A DNA stretch of 64,000 nt from an uncultured Gemmatimonadales bacterium (GCA_963809895.1 CAWELD010000003.1:3040001-3104000), one strand, 5' to 3'; shown: positions 47,495-58,111, counted from the first letter of the stretch. Program-made: numbers and translations. The notes: generated by a model not told the origin, from the letters alone.

Positions 47495-49930
47495 CTATTC
47501 GATCCCCAGCGACCTCATGGGGTCCACCGAAGACGCACGCCGTGCGGGCAGGTAGCTCGCCAGGAGCGCCACGGCCAGCATGACGGCGGACATGGCCAGG
47601 AAGGTCGGCGCGTCGAGGACCTGGACCCCGAAGAGCATGCTCGCGAGAAAGCGTGTCACGCCCAGGGCGGCGAGCACGCCCACCGCCACTCCGACGAGTG
47701 CCACCCGGCCGCCCTGCCACACCACCATGCGACGCAGGGCCGGCGGCTCCGCGCCCAGCGCCATGCGCACCGCGATCTCGCGCGTGCGCTGCGTCACGAG
47801 ATAGGAAAGAACGGCGTAGAGCCCGACCGCACCCAGGATGGTCGCCAACGCCGCCGCGATGCCGAGCATGAGCATGGTGAACGACAGGCTGGCCATGGTG
47901 CTGGCCACCAGGCCCTTCATGGTGAAGACCCTGTACATGGGCGATTCGGGGATCATCTCGTTGATGATGGCGCGGACGTCCGGGGCGAGTCCCTCGGCCC
48001 GGGCCGACTTCACGACGTACGCGGGCGACAGGGACACCGCGGGCAGATACACCATGGGCTGCGGAGGCTCGCGGAAGTCGTGGATGCGGACGTCCTCGAC
48101 GACGCCGATGATGGTGAACCACTGCTGGCCGGTCTCGGGACGGATCTGCTGGTCCAGGGGATTCTCACCCGGGAAGAGCAGATCGGCCGCTGCCTGGCTG
48201 ATGATCACGTTGGGCGTGCCCTCCTGCTCCTCGACGCGCTCGAACAGGCGGCCACGCAGGAGCTGGATGCCCATGGTCTCAAAGTACGCGCCTCCCGCAC
48301 CGGCGTTGTTGATGGGCGGCGGCTCGGCGCCGCTGGCCGCCATGGCCCGGGTGGTGACGGTCGTCTGCCCTGCGCCTTCGTCCAGCGGCAGGGTGGTGAT
48401 GTAGCCCACCGACTCGACGCCGGGGAGCGCCGCCACCCGGTCCATGAACTCGTACTGGAAACGGGACACCGAGGCGCGGTCCCTCAGGTCGTCGCGGTCC
48501 GGTGCGATCTGGAAGGTGAAGATGCCCTCGGTGTCGAATCCGGGATCCACGTGGCTGAGCTGCCAGAAGCTGCGCACCAGCAGCGCCGATCCCACCAGGA
48601 GCACCAGGGCCGAGGCGGTCTGGACGACCACCAGCGCGTCCCGCGCCAGCCCGCGGCGACCGACCACGCCGCGCCCCGCGTGCCCGAGGCTGCCGAGGAG
48701 CCCGGTGCCCGAGTAGCGGATCGCGGGCAGAAGCCCAAAGGCGAGCGCCGCCACCACCGAGATCCCCACGGTGAAGAGGAGCGCCGTTCCATCGAGGCCC
48801 GCCGTGGCCAGCCCGGGGATGGGCGCGCTCCGGAAGCCTCCGGCCACGGCGTCCGGCGCGGCACGAATCAGCAGCGGAACGCCGGCCCAGGCGAGGAGCG
48901 CCCCGACCAGGCCCCCGGCGGCCGCCAGCAGCAACGCCTCCGCCATCTGCGCACGCACGAGTCCCGCGCGGCCAGCGCCCAGGGCCCGCCGCACGGAAAA
49001 GTCCCGGCGACGACCCTCCGCCCGGACCGTGAACAGATTCGCCACGTTCGTGCACGCGATCAGGAAGACGACGGCGACGGTGCCCAGCACGATCCACAGC
49101 GCGGTCGAGACACTGCCGACCAGGTGCTCGCGGAGGGGCACCACGATGGGGCGGAAACGCTCCATGATCCGGGCGTAGGGGGCGGGGCCACCCAACCGCT
49201 CCTGCACGCGCGCAGCCAGGGGTTGGAGCTGGGCTTCGAGCCCGTCGCGGTCCGCGTCCGCGGTCATGCGGGCCACCACGCCAGCCCCGAACCCACCCGG
49301 GGTCACCTGAGCGGCGCGGATCTGCCAGGGAACCCAGAAGGCGGTGCGCTCGTCGGGAAACCGGAACCCTGGCTCGAGAACGCCGATGACGGTGCGGGTC
49401 TCGCGAGCGAATTCGTAGCTCCGGCCCACCACCTCGGGATCGGCCCCGAACCAGTCCTGCCACAGCCAGTTGCTCAGCACGACCACGCTGTCGTCGTCGT
49501 CTTCGTTCGGAAGCCGACCCACCACGGCCCGCGCGCCGAGAGTCGTGAACAACGACGGCGTCGCCCGGGTCAGAAAGAGCTGCTCGGTGTGGCCCTCGGC
49601 CCGGGTCGTGGACGACCCCGTGCCGTACGTGCCGAGGTCTTCGATGGTCGGCACGCTCTCGTCGTACTCGAGGTAGAGCTCGTCGGGGACGCCGAGATCG
49701 GCGGGAAGGTCCGTCCCGGGCGCCGTGCCCCCGATGTAGACCAGCCGGTCGGCGTCCGGAAACGGCAAGGGCTCCAGGAGCACCGAGCGCACGACGCTGA
49801 AGATCGCGGTGTTCGCTCCGATGGCGAGCGCCAGCGTCATCACGATCACGACGGTGAACAGCGGCGCGCGCGCAAGGCTGCGCGCGGCGAGCTTGAAATC
49901 CCTTACCCACGCTTCCAGGCTCCTGCCCAC
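47495..49930 (-). CDS. Duplicated orphan ABC permease (ADOP) lacking the N-terminal helical prefix
   Basis: RDFKLAARSLARAP, LALAIGANTAIFSVV, IACTNVANL, QRTREIAVRMALGA, PARRASSVDP; GTG 49930 with AGGAGG RBS. Confidence 0.9.
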   Translation of the reverse strand: MGRSLEAWVRDFKLAARSLARAPLFTVVIVMTLALAIGANTAIFSVVRSVLLEPLPFPDADRLVYIGGTAPGTDLPADLGVPDELYLEYDESVPTIEDLGTYGTGSSTTRAEGHTEQLFLTRATPSLFTTLGARAVVGRLPNEDDDDSVVVLSNWLWQDWFGADPEVVGRSYEFARETRTVIGVLEPGFRFPDERTAFWVPWQIRAAQVTPGGFGAGVVARMTADADRDGLEAQLQPLAARVQERLGGPAPYARIMERFRPIVVPLREHLVGSVSTALWIVLGTVAVVFLIACTNVANLFTVRAEGRRRDFSVRRALGAGRAGLVRAQMAEALLLAAAGGLVGALLAWAGVPLLIRAAPDAVAGGFRSAPIPGLATAGLDGTALLFTVGISVVAALAFGLLPAIRYSGTGLLGSLGHAGRGVVGRRGLARDALVVVQTASALVLLVGSALLVRSFWQLSHVDPGFDTEGIFTFQIAPDRDDLRDRASVSRFQYEFMDRVAALPGVESVGYITTLPLDEGAGQTTVTTRAMAASGAEPPPINNAGAGGAYFETMGIQLLRGRLFERVEEQEGTPNVIISQAAADLLFPGENPLDQQIRPETGQQWFTIIGVVEDVRIHDFREPPQPMVYLPAVSLSPAYVVKSARAEGLAPDVRAIINEMIPESPMYRVFTMKGLVASTMASLSFTMLMLGIAAALATILGAVGLYAVLSYLVTQRTREIAVRMALGAEPPALRRMVVWQGGRVALVGVAVGVLAALGVTRFLASMLFGVQVLDAPTFLAMSAVMLAVALLASYLPARRASSVDPMRSLGIE

Positions 49931-50254
49931 GTCCCACCTCCTCGCTCGGGTCGTCGAGCCCACCACCGTCGGACCTGTCACGAATGCGCCGCGCCGGGGC
50001 GAGCCCGTTCACGGTAGTTCCGAGTCTTTTTCAGGGCAAGTACTTTGTGATGCAAAGACGAACGATGTTCGCGGTATGCCGCGTCGGCGCCGACGGTTCG
50101 GATGGGCGGTAGGCGGCGGGACTCCTCCCGCCCCGAGCGCGCGAAATCCACACCGATCCGCGTCGCGCATGCAAGCGCCCGAGACCACTTCGGCGCATCT
50201 TGCGACCGACGAGCCCCCTTGTACCGGGGCGACCACCCCTCCCATCTATCGACC

Positions 50255-53200
50255 ATGGTCCCGATCCCCAGCGTCAGCCGGTTCATCGCCCGTGCGGGGC
50301 GGCGACACGCCGTCGGGCACGGTCGGTGGACCGCTGTGCTGGTGACCCTCGTCGTGGCGGTCCCTCACGCGGGTGACCTCGCCGCCCAGGATGCGCGCTC
50401 ACCGCTGGAGATGAGGATCGCCCACTCCGGCGGGCCGACGACGTACGCCATCACCCAGGACAAAGCGGGGTTCGTCTGGCTCGGCACACACCGGGGCCTC
50501 GCGTGGACCGACGGGCACGAGTTCAGGGAGACGCCGCTGGGCCCGAACGGGACCGCCGTAACCGCGCTGACCACCGATCGGGACGGCAGGATCTGGGCAG
50601 GCACGGCCGCAGGCTTGTTCCGACTGGACCCGGCCACGGGAGAGGTCGAGGCCTTTCACCACGATCCGGCCGAGCCCGGCAGCCTCAGCAACGACTGGAT
50701 CACCACCATCTTCGCGGACGATCAGGGACGGATCTGGGTGGGCGCGCTGGACTGGGGCCCGTCTGAGGGCGGTGGTCTCAATCTGTTCGACCCCGCCACC
50801 GGGACCTTCCGTCGTTTCCTCCACGATCCCCGCGACCCGGAGAGCCTGAGCCACGATCGTGTTCGATCCATCACCCAGACTCCCGACGGGGACATCTGGA
50901 TCGGCACCTGGTACGGGCTCAATCGACTCGACCCGACCTCGGGGCGCGTCCGGCGCTGGCTGCACGATCCCGGCGACCCGGGGAGCCTCGCCTACGATGA
51001 CGTCAAGACGCTGCTCCCTACACGCGACGGCCGCCTGTGGGTGGGAACGCTGGGCGGCGGCCTCGATCTTCTGGATCCGAGAACCGGCGTCTTCGAGCAC
51101 AGAGTCCATGATTCCGGCGACGTCACTTCGTTGCCGAGCGATTACGTCATGGCGCTGCTGCAGGACCCGCTTCAGCGCCTCTGGATCGGTACCATGGACG
51201 GCGGCCTGGCGATCCTCGACACTGTCGACGGCTCACTGCGACGAGTGGTCTCGGGCGTGGATCTCGATGACCGAGGACGGCTCGGCCGCATCGAGGCGCT
51301 TTACCTCACCGACGACGACGTCCTGTGGGTCGCCGGATATCATCCGATGTTCTACACACCCCTCCTGGCGACCGTCGACGTGCGGACGCCCCGGATCGAT
51401 GTCCTGCCAACGGGCCGATTGGCCGTGGCTGTGGCGGAGGAGTCACCGGGTGTGGCGTGGGCTCTGCTCGCCGGCGGACGACTTCTCCGCTGGGACCGCA
51501 ACCGCGGCGAGGTCCGTGAAGCGCGTTGCATGAGGCCGGGAGCCGAGGAGCTCCCCATGATCGACGCGGGGGCCCTGCGTCGGGCGCCGGACGGCACGCT
51601 CTGGGTCTCCACCTGGGGCGCCGGCCTGTGCCGCATCGAGCCCGGGGCAGCGGTCCGACCGTTCCAGCCCGCCGACGGAGCGTCGATCCCGCCTTTCCTG
51701 TTGGGCCTGGCCATCGACGCATCGGGCGGACTCTGGCTCGCCGATGCCAACGGCGTGAGGCTGGTCGACCCGGCGACCGGAAGGATCAGGGGCACACCCG
51801 CTGGCAGAGCGTCGGAGGGCACCAGGCTGCTCGGAGGCCGCCCTGGGACCACCGAGTCGGACATCTGGATGGAGACGCCAGCCGGTCTCGCCCGAATCGA
51901 CACCTCCGAAGTGGGCCCCCGGCAGTACCGCCTCTCGGACCCGGCGCAGGGCCCGCGGGTCTTCGGCGTCCGCGGCATCGCCAGAGACACGTCCGGCACC
52001 ATGTGGGCCGCCGCCGAAGTGGGGGGGCTCTGCCGCCTCGATCCGATCGTCAGCGACTGCCGGCCGGTCGATCAATCCGTGGGAGGGGGACACGTGTCGG
52101 GGGTGTACGCCGACCGGCGCGGCCGTCTGTGGGTCACGACCCACTACGATCTCGTCGAAGTCGACCCGGCATCCGGCACAGAGCACGTCATCGCACTTCC
52201 GGACCCGGAGCATCGGTACTTCCAACCGGGTGCCGGCGTGGTGGGCTCCACGGGAGAGATCTATCTGGGCGGCAGCGACGACGTCATTGCCTTCGATCCC
52301 GCCCGAATGGAGGGAAACACCCACCCGCCCATCGTCTACGTCACGGGGGTCAACACCGGCGAAGCGAGCGACCACCCCCCCGACGGTCCCTGGGCGTTTC
52401 CATCGACGGCACCGGATGCACGGCTGAGGAGGGCCCACGACGACAATACCGTCGTGTTCCGCTTCACCGCCGTCCAGTACGCCCGGCCGGAGCGCATCCG
52501 GTACCAGTATCGCCTCGTCGGATTGGAGGACGCGTTTCACGAAGCTGGAGGCCTCGGAGAGGCTACCTACACACACCTCCCGCCGGGCGACTACCAGTTC
52601 CAGGTTCGCGCCGTGAGCGCAGCCGGGATTCAGAGTGCCACCGACGCGACCGTGAACCTCCACATCGTCGCGGCCTGGTGGGACACCGCCTGGGCCTACG
52701 CGGCCTACGCGCTTCTCCTCGGGGGATTGCTCCTCTGGTATCTGACGGTCGTGAAGAACCGTGCCCGATTGGCCGCGAGTCTGGAGGTGAAGAGCGCGGA
52801 GGCCGCGCGCCTCCAGGATCTGGACAACGCCAAGTCGCGCTTCTTCGCCAACATTTCTCACGAGTTCCGGACCCCCCTCACGCTCATCCTCGGACAGCTG
52901 CGGTCCGTCCTCGACAGTCCCGAGCGATCGGGGAACGAGGAGCGCCTCCGGATGGCCGAGCGGAGCGCCGAGCGCGTAGGGCACATGGTCGATCAGATCC
53001 TCGATCTGTCGAAGCTCGAGGCGGGGACCATGACCCTCGACGCCGAGGTGCGCGATGTCGTCCCGTTGGTCAGACTGCGTGTGGCATCCTTCCAGTCTCT
53101 GGCCGAATCCCGCGGGGTGGGACTGAGCCTCGCCGTCCAGCGCGCCGAGATCGCCGTCCGGCACGATCCGGAAAAGCTCGAGATGATCCTCGACAACCTG

Positions 53201-54454
53201 CTCTCGAACGCGCTCAAGTTCACGCATGCCGGCGATTCGGTGCGGGTCACGCTCCGCGTCGTGGACCGGGCGTTGGACCCGGAGCCGTTGATGGAGATGG
53301 AGGTGGCGGACACCGGCATCGGAATCCCCCCGGAACACCTGTCCAGGATCTTCGAGCGCTTCTACCGCGTGGAAGGCCCGGAACGGCCGGACGGCACCGG
53401 AGCCGGTATCGGGCTCGCCCTGACCCGGGAACTGGTGAACCTGCACGAAGGGGACATCGACGTGACGAGCGAGGAGGGGATCGGCACGCGCTTCCTCGTC
53501 CGGCTGCCCTTGGCGCGGGTCGGGCCGGTCGGTCCCGTGGCACCTCCGGCGGGGAACGAGCGAGAGGATGCCGCGGTGCCTTTCCAACCGCCTCCGGCCG
53601 GCACGGTCGCAGGTCCCGTAGCGGAACCGGGGCTGGGCGAGGATCAGGATGCGGTGACCGACGACCGCCCGCTGGTCCTCATCATCGAAGACAACGCCGA
53701 TCTGCGCACGTTTCTACGCGATCACCTCGAGCCCGAGTACCGGATCGTGGAGGCTTCGGACGGCGAAGCGGGGCTCGCCCTGGCCCTCGACACCGTCCCC
53801 GACCTCGTTCTCACCGACGTCATGATGCCGAAGCTCGATGGATACGAGGTGTCACGTCGCCTTCGGGAGGACACTCGCACCAGCCACGTTCCCATCGTCA
53901 TGCTCACCGCCAAGGCATCCGAGGCAAGCCGGGTCGAAGGGTTGGAAACAGGTGTCGACGACTATCTCCTGAAGCCGTTCAGCCAGCGCGTGCTGCTGAC
54001 GCGCCTGCGCTCCCTGATCGAGCTGCGCCGCATCCTGCGAGAGAAATACGCCGGCGAGACGTGGATCCGCCCCGAGGAGGTGGAGGCGGGTTCGGTGGAT
54101 CGTGCTTTCCTGGAGAGCCTGACCACCACCATCGAGGAGAACCTCGGAGACCGGGAGTTCGGGGTGGAGCGCCTGGCGGCGGCCATGCACATGAGTAGCT
54201 CCCAACTCACCCGCAAGCTCAGAGCCCTCATCGATCAGTCGCCCGGACGGCTGATCCGGGCCATGCGCCTGCACCGGGCGGCCGAGCTCATCCGCAAGGA
54301 CGGGGGCAACCTCTCGCGCATCGCGCTGCTCACGGGGTTCAGCGACCACGCTCACTTCTCCCGCTCCTTCAAGCAGCAGTTCGACTGCACGCCGTCGGAA
54401 TACCGCGACCGCCAGCCCGGTATCCAGCCCCCGGAGGCCGACCGCCCGGAGTGA
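50255..54454 (+). CDS. Hybrid two-component system: propeller sensor, Y_Y_Y, HisKA, HATPase, receiver, AraC HTH
   Basis: Repeated D..GRIW.GT..GL units; YQYRLVG; ISHEFRTPLT; NLLSNALKFT; DTGIGI; LTDVMMP; FSDHAHFSRSFKQQF; start uncertain. Confidence 0.93.
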   Translation: MVPIPSVSRFIARAGRRHAVGHGRWTAVLVTLVVAVPHAGDLAAQDARSPLEMRIAHSGGPTTYAITQDKAGFVWLGTHRGLAWTDGHEFRETPLGPNGTAVTALTTDRDGRIWAGTAAGLFRLDPATGEVEAFHHDPAEPGSLSNDWITTIFADDQGRIWVGALDWGPSEGGGLNLFDPATGTFRRFLHDPRDPESLSHDRVRSITQTPDGDIWIGTWYGLNRLDPTSGRVRRWLHDPGDPGSLAYDDVKTLLPTRDGRLWVGTLGGGLDLLDPRTGVFEHRVHDSGDVTSLPSDYVMALLQDPLQRLWIGTMDGGLAILDTVDGSLRRVVSGVDLDDRGRLGRIEALYLTDDDVLWVAGYHPMFYTPLLATVDVRTPRIDVLPTGRLAVAVAEESPGVAWALLAGGRLLRWDRNRGEVREARCMRPGAEELPMIDAGALRRAPDGTLWVSTWGAGLCRIEPGAAVRPFQPADGASIPPFLLGLAIDASGGLWLADANGVRLVDPATGRIRGTPAGRASEGTRLLGGRPGTTESDIWMETPAGLARIDTSEVGPRQYRLSDPAQGPRVFGVRGIARDTSGTMWAAAEVGGLCRLDPIVSDCRPVDQSVGGGHVSGVYADRRGRLWVTTHYDLVEVDPASGTEHVIALPDPEHRYFQPGAGVVGSTGEIYLGGSDDVIAFDPARMEGNTHPPIVYVTGVNTGEASDHPPDGPWAFPSTAPDARLRRAHDDNTVVFRFTAVQYARPERIRYQYRLVGLEDAFHEAGGLGEATYTHLPPGDYQFQVRAVSAAGIQSATDATVNLHIVAAWWDTAWAYAAYALLLGGLLLWYLTVVKNRARLAASLEVKSAEAARLQDLDNAKSRFFANISHEFRTPLTLILGQLRSVLDSPERSGNEERLRMAERSAERVGHMVDQILDLSKLEAGTMTLDAEVRDVVPLVRLRVASFQSLAESRGVGLSLAVQRAEIAVRHDPEKLEMILDNLLSNALKFTHAGDSVRVTLRVVDRALDPEPLMEMEVADTGIGIPPEHLSRIFERFYRVEGPERPDGTGAGIGLALTRELVNLHEGDIDVTSEEGIGTRFLVRLPLARVGPVGPVAPPAGNEREDAAVPFQPPPAGTVAGPVAEPGLGEDQDAVTDDRPLVLIIEDNADLRTFLRDHLEPEYRIVEASDGEAGLALALDTVPDLVLTDVMMPKLDGYEVSRRLREDTRTSHVPIVMLTAKASEASRVEGLETGVDDYLLKPFSQRVLLTRLRSLIELRRILREKYAGETWIRPEEVEAGSVDRAFLESLTTTIEENLGDREFGVERLAAAMHMSSSQLTRKLRALIDQSPGRLIRAMRLHRAAELIRKDGGNLSRIALLTGFSDHAHFSRSFKQQFDCTPSEYRDRQPGIQPPEADRPE

Positions 54455-54460
54455 GCGTCG

Positions 54461-54498
54461 CCGCCGAGCGCCGGTCCGTGGCCACCGGCGCTCGACGG
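54461..54498. terminator. Hairpin between convergent genes, probable terminator
   Basis: CGAGCGCCGGT / ACCGGCGCTCG perfect 11 bp stem. Confidence 0.55.
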
Positions 54499-54508
54499 TC
54501 CCCATCGC

Positions 54509-54946
54509 TCAGTCGCGCATGTGACAGGTGACGCTCGCCTGGCCGTTGGCGCCCGGGGTGACCACTACGTGGCAAGGCTCCATGTCGCCCGCGAAGAAAT
54601 CGAAGCTGAACACCACATCGCGCAGGTTCATGGTGCCGGAGATGCCTTCTCCGAAGAGCAGATTCCCGACGCAGCGGTAGTTCGTGTTGCCCGAGGGCGT
54701 GGTGACGGCGGTCGAGGCTCCCGAGTACCCGTTGGCGCCACCGTCCATCACGACGAAGAAGCAGAAGCCCTCGCTGAACTCAGCCCGCACCACCTCGGGG
54801 GGCGCGCCGAGGACGTCGGCATTGCGGTTGGCGCTCACGAGCGTCGGGCCCGGTGGCGCCGCCATGGGCTCGGGAGCCGTGGCGGACTCGCAAGCGCCGA
54901 AGGTCAGGGCTGCGAGCAGAGCGAAAGAAGAGACGATGGGGCGCAT
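54509..54946 (-). CDS. Hypothetical lipoprotein with four additional cysteines
   Basis: MRPIVSSFALLAALTFGAC lipobox; CAGGAG RBS. Confidence 0.7.
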   Translation of the reverse strand: MRPIVSSFALLAALTFGACESATAPEPMAAPPGPTLVSANRNADVLGAPPEVVRAEFSEGFCFFVVMDGGANGYSGASTAVTTPSGNTNYRCVGNLLFGEGISGTMNLRDVVFSFDFFAGDMEPCHVVVTPGANGQASVTCHMRD

Positions 54947-55071
54947 GGGACACTCCTGGTGCAGGGGGCCGCGTGGAGCCGGTCTCCACGCCGTCACCAG
55001 GAACATGGCCCGGAACCCCCGGGCTCCGATTGAAGATATCGCCCGGATGCTGGACGATTTCGCGCACGCGG

Positions 55072-57678
55072 CTAGTCCGCCCGCAACGCGCTCTGGGGAT
55101 CCAGCCGGGCAGCGGCTCGGGCCGGTAGCCAGCTGGCCAACAGCGCCACGGAGGCCAGCAGGATCGGCACCGCCACCAGCGTGAGCGGATCGGTGGGTGC
55201 CACGCCGAACAGCAGCCCGGAGACGAGTCGCCCCAGAAGGAGCGCGCCGAGCAACCCCAAGGCCACACCGGCGAGGGCGAGGCGCATCCCCTGGCCCACG
55301 ACCAGGCGCACGACCTCGCTCCGGCTGGCGCCCAGTGCGATACGCACGCCGAGCTCCGCGCGACGTTGCGTCACCGTGTGGGCCACCACCCCATAGAGCC
55401 CGATCACCGACAGCAGGAGCGCCAGGCCCGCGAATCCCCCGAACAGAAGAAGGTTCATGCGGGGACGGACCGCATACTCCGCCGCCACGGCCTCCAGCGT
55501 GCGGACCTCGGTGACGGCTTGCGCCGGGTCGATCTCGTGGACGACGGCCGTGGCCGCGTCCACCAGCGATGTCGGAGCTCCCGCGGTCTTGAGTGTCACC
55601 ACCAGGGCCGGGCGCGGGAACTGTGCGAAGGGGAGGTAGATCGCCGCCGAAGCCCGGGTCCACGGACCCTTTTCCCGCACGTCTCCCACGACCCCGATGA
55701 CCTCGCCCGCGCGGGCACCGTTACCGAGGCTGAACTCGATACGCTTGCCGACGGGGTCCTGGCCCGGATAGAGCTGGCTGGCCAACGTCTGGTTGATCAC
55801 GAAGACGGTGGGCGTGTCCTGGGATTCCGTGCCGTCGAAGACCCGACCTCGCACGACGGGGATGCCCAGCGAGCGGAAGTAGTGACCGGCCACGCTGCGC
55901 ACATCGGCATCGGGCCTGGCGCGCCCCACCGACCGCGGCCCGTCGGCGACCTGGACGGGAGATCGCATCTCGAGTGACGTCAGCGGAAGGCGTCCGGCGA
56001 CGCCCACGGCGTCCACGTCGGGGAGCGCCTCCAGCCGTCCCGGAAGCTCGGAGGCCAGCCGGAAGAGCCCGTCGATCCGGGCGGTGGTGAGCCGGAGCGT
56101 GAGAACGTCTCCGGGCCGGACGCCCATGTCCACCGACACCAGCCGGTCCAGACTCCGCACCAGCAACCCCGCCCCGGTGAGGAGGACGAGGGCGAGCGCG
56201 ATCTCGGCAACCACCAGCGTACGGCGGAGGCCCGACCGCGACGGTCCACTCCCGGCCCGAGTCGGGGCCGCCTGCTGCGGCCCGCCCCACGGACCGGCGA
56301 GGCCGGGGAGCGTTCCGAACGCGAGGCCCGTCAGCAGGCACACCCCCGCCGTCACGCCCACCACCCGCAGGTCCACGCTCACCTCGTCGAGGCGCGGCAG
56401 CGCCGCGGTGGAAGCGAGCATGCGAACCAGGACACGAGTGCCCGCGACCGCCAGGCCCAGCCCGAGGGCGCCGGCAGCGCCGACCAACACCAGACCCTCG
56501 GTGACCAGCTGTCGGACCACCCGGCCCCGCGCGGCACCCAACGACCGGCGAATGGCGATCTCGTGGCTGCGCGCCGCTCCCCGGCCCAGAAGCAGGTTCG
56601 CCACGTTGGCGCAGGCGATCAGGAGCAGCAGACCCACGGCCCCGAGCAGTGCCAGGAGCGCGGGACGCGCTTCCCGGGTCACGGTGTCCCGCAGTGAAGA
56701 GAGGCCGACCACGTCGGGGCGCCCGTCGGACCCTGGATCGGCGGGAAGGCCCTGCGAGATCGCCCCCAACTCCGCCCGTGCCTCCTCCACGCCGGCGCCG
56801 GGACGCAAGCGGGCGATGACCTGAAGCGACGCCGCCGCCGGCAAGCGGCTCACATCCGCCGGCATCCACACGTCGGCGCCACCGTCCATGTCGTGGAACT
56901 CCGGACCCATCACCCCGACGATGGTCGGCGCCGCTCCTGTCTCGAAGGTGAGCGCGGTTCCGATCACGCCGGGATCCCCCCCGTAGTGCCGCATCCAGAA
57001 GCGATGGCCGAGCACGACAGCGGCCTCGCCCTGGACGAAGCTCCGACCGAGCTGGGGACGCATGCCCAGGACATCGAAGTAGTTCGGCGTGGTGAGGCGC
57101 AGCACGACCTCGTCAGGAGGACCGTCTCCCGCGACGTTCTCGCGAGACTCCGACCCACCCCCGACGACCGCCGCCATGTCCTCCACCGTCCGGCTGCCGT
57201 CGCGGAGCGCCAGGAAGGTCGAGGCGCCGAGAAGCCTGCGCCCGTCGGGTGTGGGGCTCCCCTGCCAGATCGAGACGAGTCGATGGGGATCGCGAAACGG
57301 CAAGGGCCGGAGCAGCACCGACTCCACCAGGGTGAACATGGTGCTGCTCGCCCCGATACCCAGCGCCAGTGTGAGCACCACCAGGGCGGTGAACCCCGGT
57401 GTGCGCGCGAAGCTCCGAACCGCGAAGCGCGCATCCTGGAGCGCGGCCCCCGACCATTCCCGGAGCCGCATTCTGGTCTCGTGCCTCCTGGCTGCGCGCT
57501 CCAGGGCCCGCCGTTTTCGGGATCCCCCGAAACGCCGGAGCGCCTCCGTGCGCGCTTCCTCCAGCGAGAGCCCCTCCGCTCTCAAAGACTCGACCCGGAG
57601 CTCCAGATGGAGACGGATCTCCTCGTCCAGATCCTCCCAACGATCTCGCGGCAGGGAACCACGCCCGGGCTTCGCCAT
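55072..57678 (-). CDS. Duplicated orphan ABC permease (ADOP) with permease prefix domain
   Basis: DLDEEIRLHLE...EARTEALRRFG prefix; QDARFAVRSFARTPGF; IACANVANLLL; QRRAELGVRIALGA. Confidence 0.92.
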   Translation of the reverse strand: MAKPGRGSLPRDRWEDLDEEIRLHLELRVESLRAEGLSLEEARTEALRRFGGSRKRRALERAARRHETRMRLREWSGAALQDARFAVRSFARTPGFTALVVLTLALGIGASSTMFTLVESVLLRPLPFRDPHRLVSIWQGSPTPDGRRLLGASTFLALRDGSRTVEDMAAVVGGGSESRENVAGDGPPDEVVLRLTTPNYFDVLGMRPQLGRSFVQGEAAVVLGHRFWMRHYGGDPGVIGTALTFETGAAPTIVGVMGPEFHDMDGGADVWMPADVSRLPAAASLQVIARLRPGAGVEEARAELGAISQGLPADPGSDGRPDVVGLSSLRDTVTREARPALLALLGAVGLLLLIACANVANLLLGRGAARSHEIAIRRSLGAARGRVVRQLVTEGLVLVGAAGALGLGLAVAGTRVLVRMLASTAALPRLDEVSVDLRVVGVTAGVCLLTGLAFGTLPGLAGPWGGPQQAAPTRAGSGPSRSGLRRTLVVAEIALALVLLTGAGLLVRSLDRLVSVDMGVRPGDVLTLRLTTARIDGLFRLASELPGRLEALPDVDAVGVAGRLPLTSLEMRSPVQVADGPRSVGRARPDADVRSVAGHYFRSLGIPVVRGRVFDGTESQDTPTVFVINQTLASQLYPGQDPVGKRIEFSLGNGARAGEVIGVVGDVREKGPWTRASAAIYLPFAQFPRPALVVTLKTAGAPTSLVDAATAVVHEIDPAQAVTEVRTLEAVAAEYAVRPRMNLLLFGGFAGLALLLSVIGLYGVVAHTVTQRRAELGVRIALGASRSEVVRLVVGQGMRLALAGVALGLLGALLLGRLVSGLLFGVAPTDPLTLVAVPILLASVALLASWLPARAAARLDPQSALRAD

Positions 57679-57688
57679 GGCCCCCTCC

Positions 57689-58027
57689 TCAGGCGCCGCT
57701 CGGACGCGACGTGAGGATGGCGGCCATCACGTCCTGCAACCGCAGAAGCTGGTCCGTCTCTGCCCGCAGATGGTCTTCACCTCGACGGGTGATCTCGTAG
57801 TACCGCGCCCGTCGGTTGTTCTCCGTCACGCCCCAGTCGGCCCCGACCATGCCCTTCTTCTCGAGCCGGTAGACGGCCTGATACACGCCCGAGTCGTCGA
57901 ACTCCAGCGAGCCGCCAGAGCGCTCCTCGATCCACTGGGTGATCTCGAAGCCGTGCTTCGCTCCGTCGCTCACGGCTTTGAGAACCAACAGATCCAGCGT
58001 GCCTTTCAGCACAGGAAGCTCGCCCAT
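57689..58027 (-). CDS. PadR family regulator (acidobacterial type)
   Basis: LKGTLDLLVLK, HGFEI, VYQAVYRLE, WGVTENNRRARYY. Confidence 0.93.
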   Translation of the reverse strand: MGELPVLKGTLDLLVLKAVSDGAKHGFEITQWIEERSGGSLEFDDSGVYQAVYRLEKKGMVGADWGVTENNRRARYYEITRRGEDHLRAETDQLLRLQDVMAAILTSRPSGA

Positions 58028-58111
58028 GGTTGTGCCCTTAGAGTCTCATTTGAGAGTCTCCAAGAAACGAGAAGACCCGCCCCCCGTCAAGGCGTGGGCC
58101 TGCCCGCCGGC

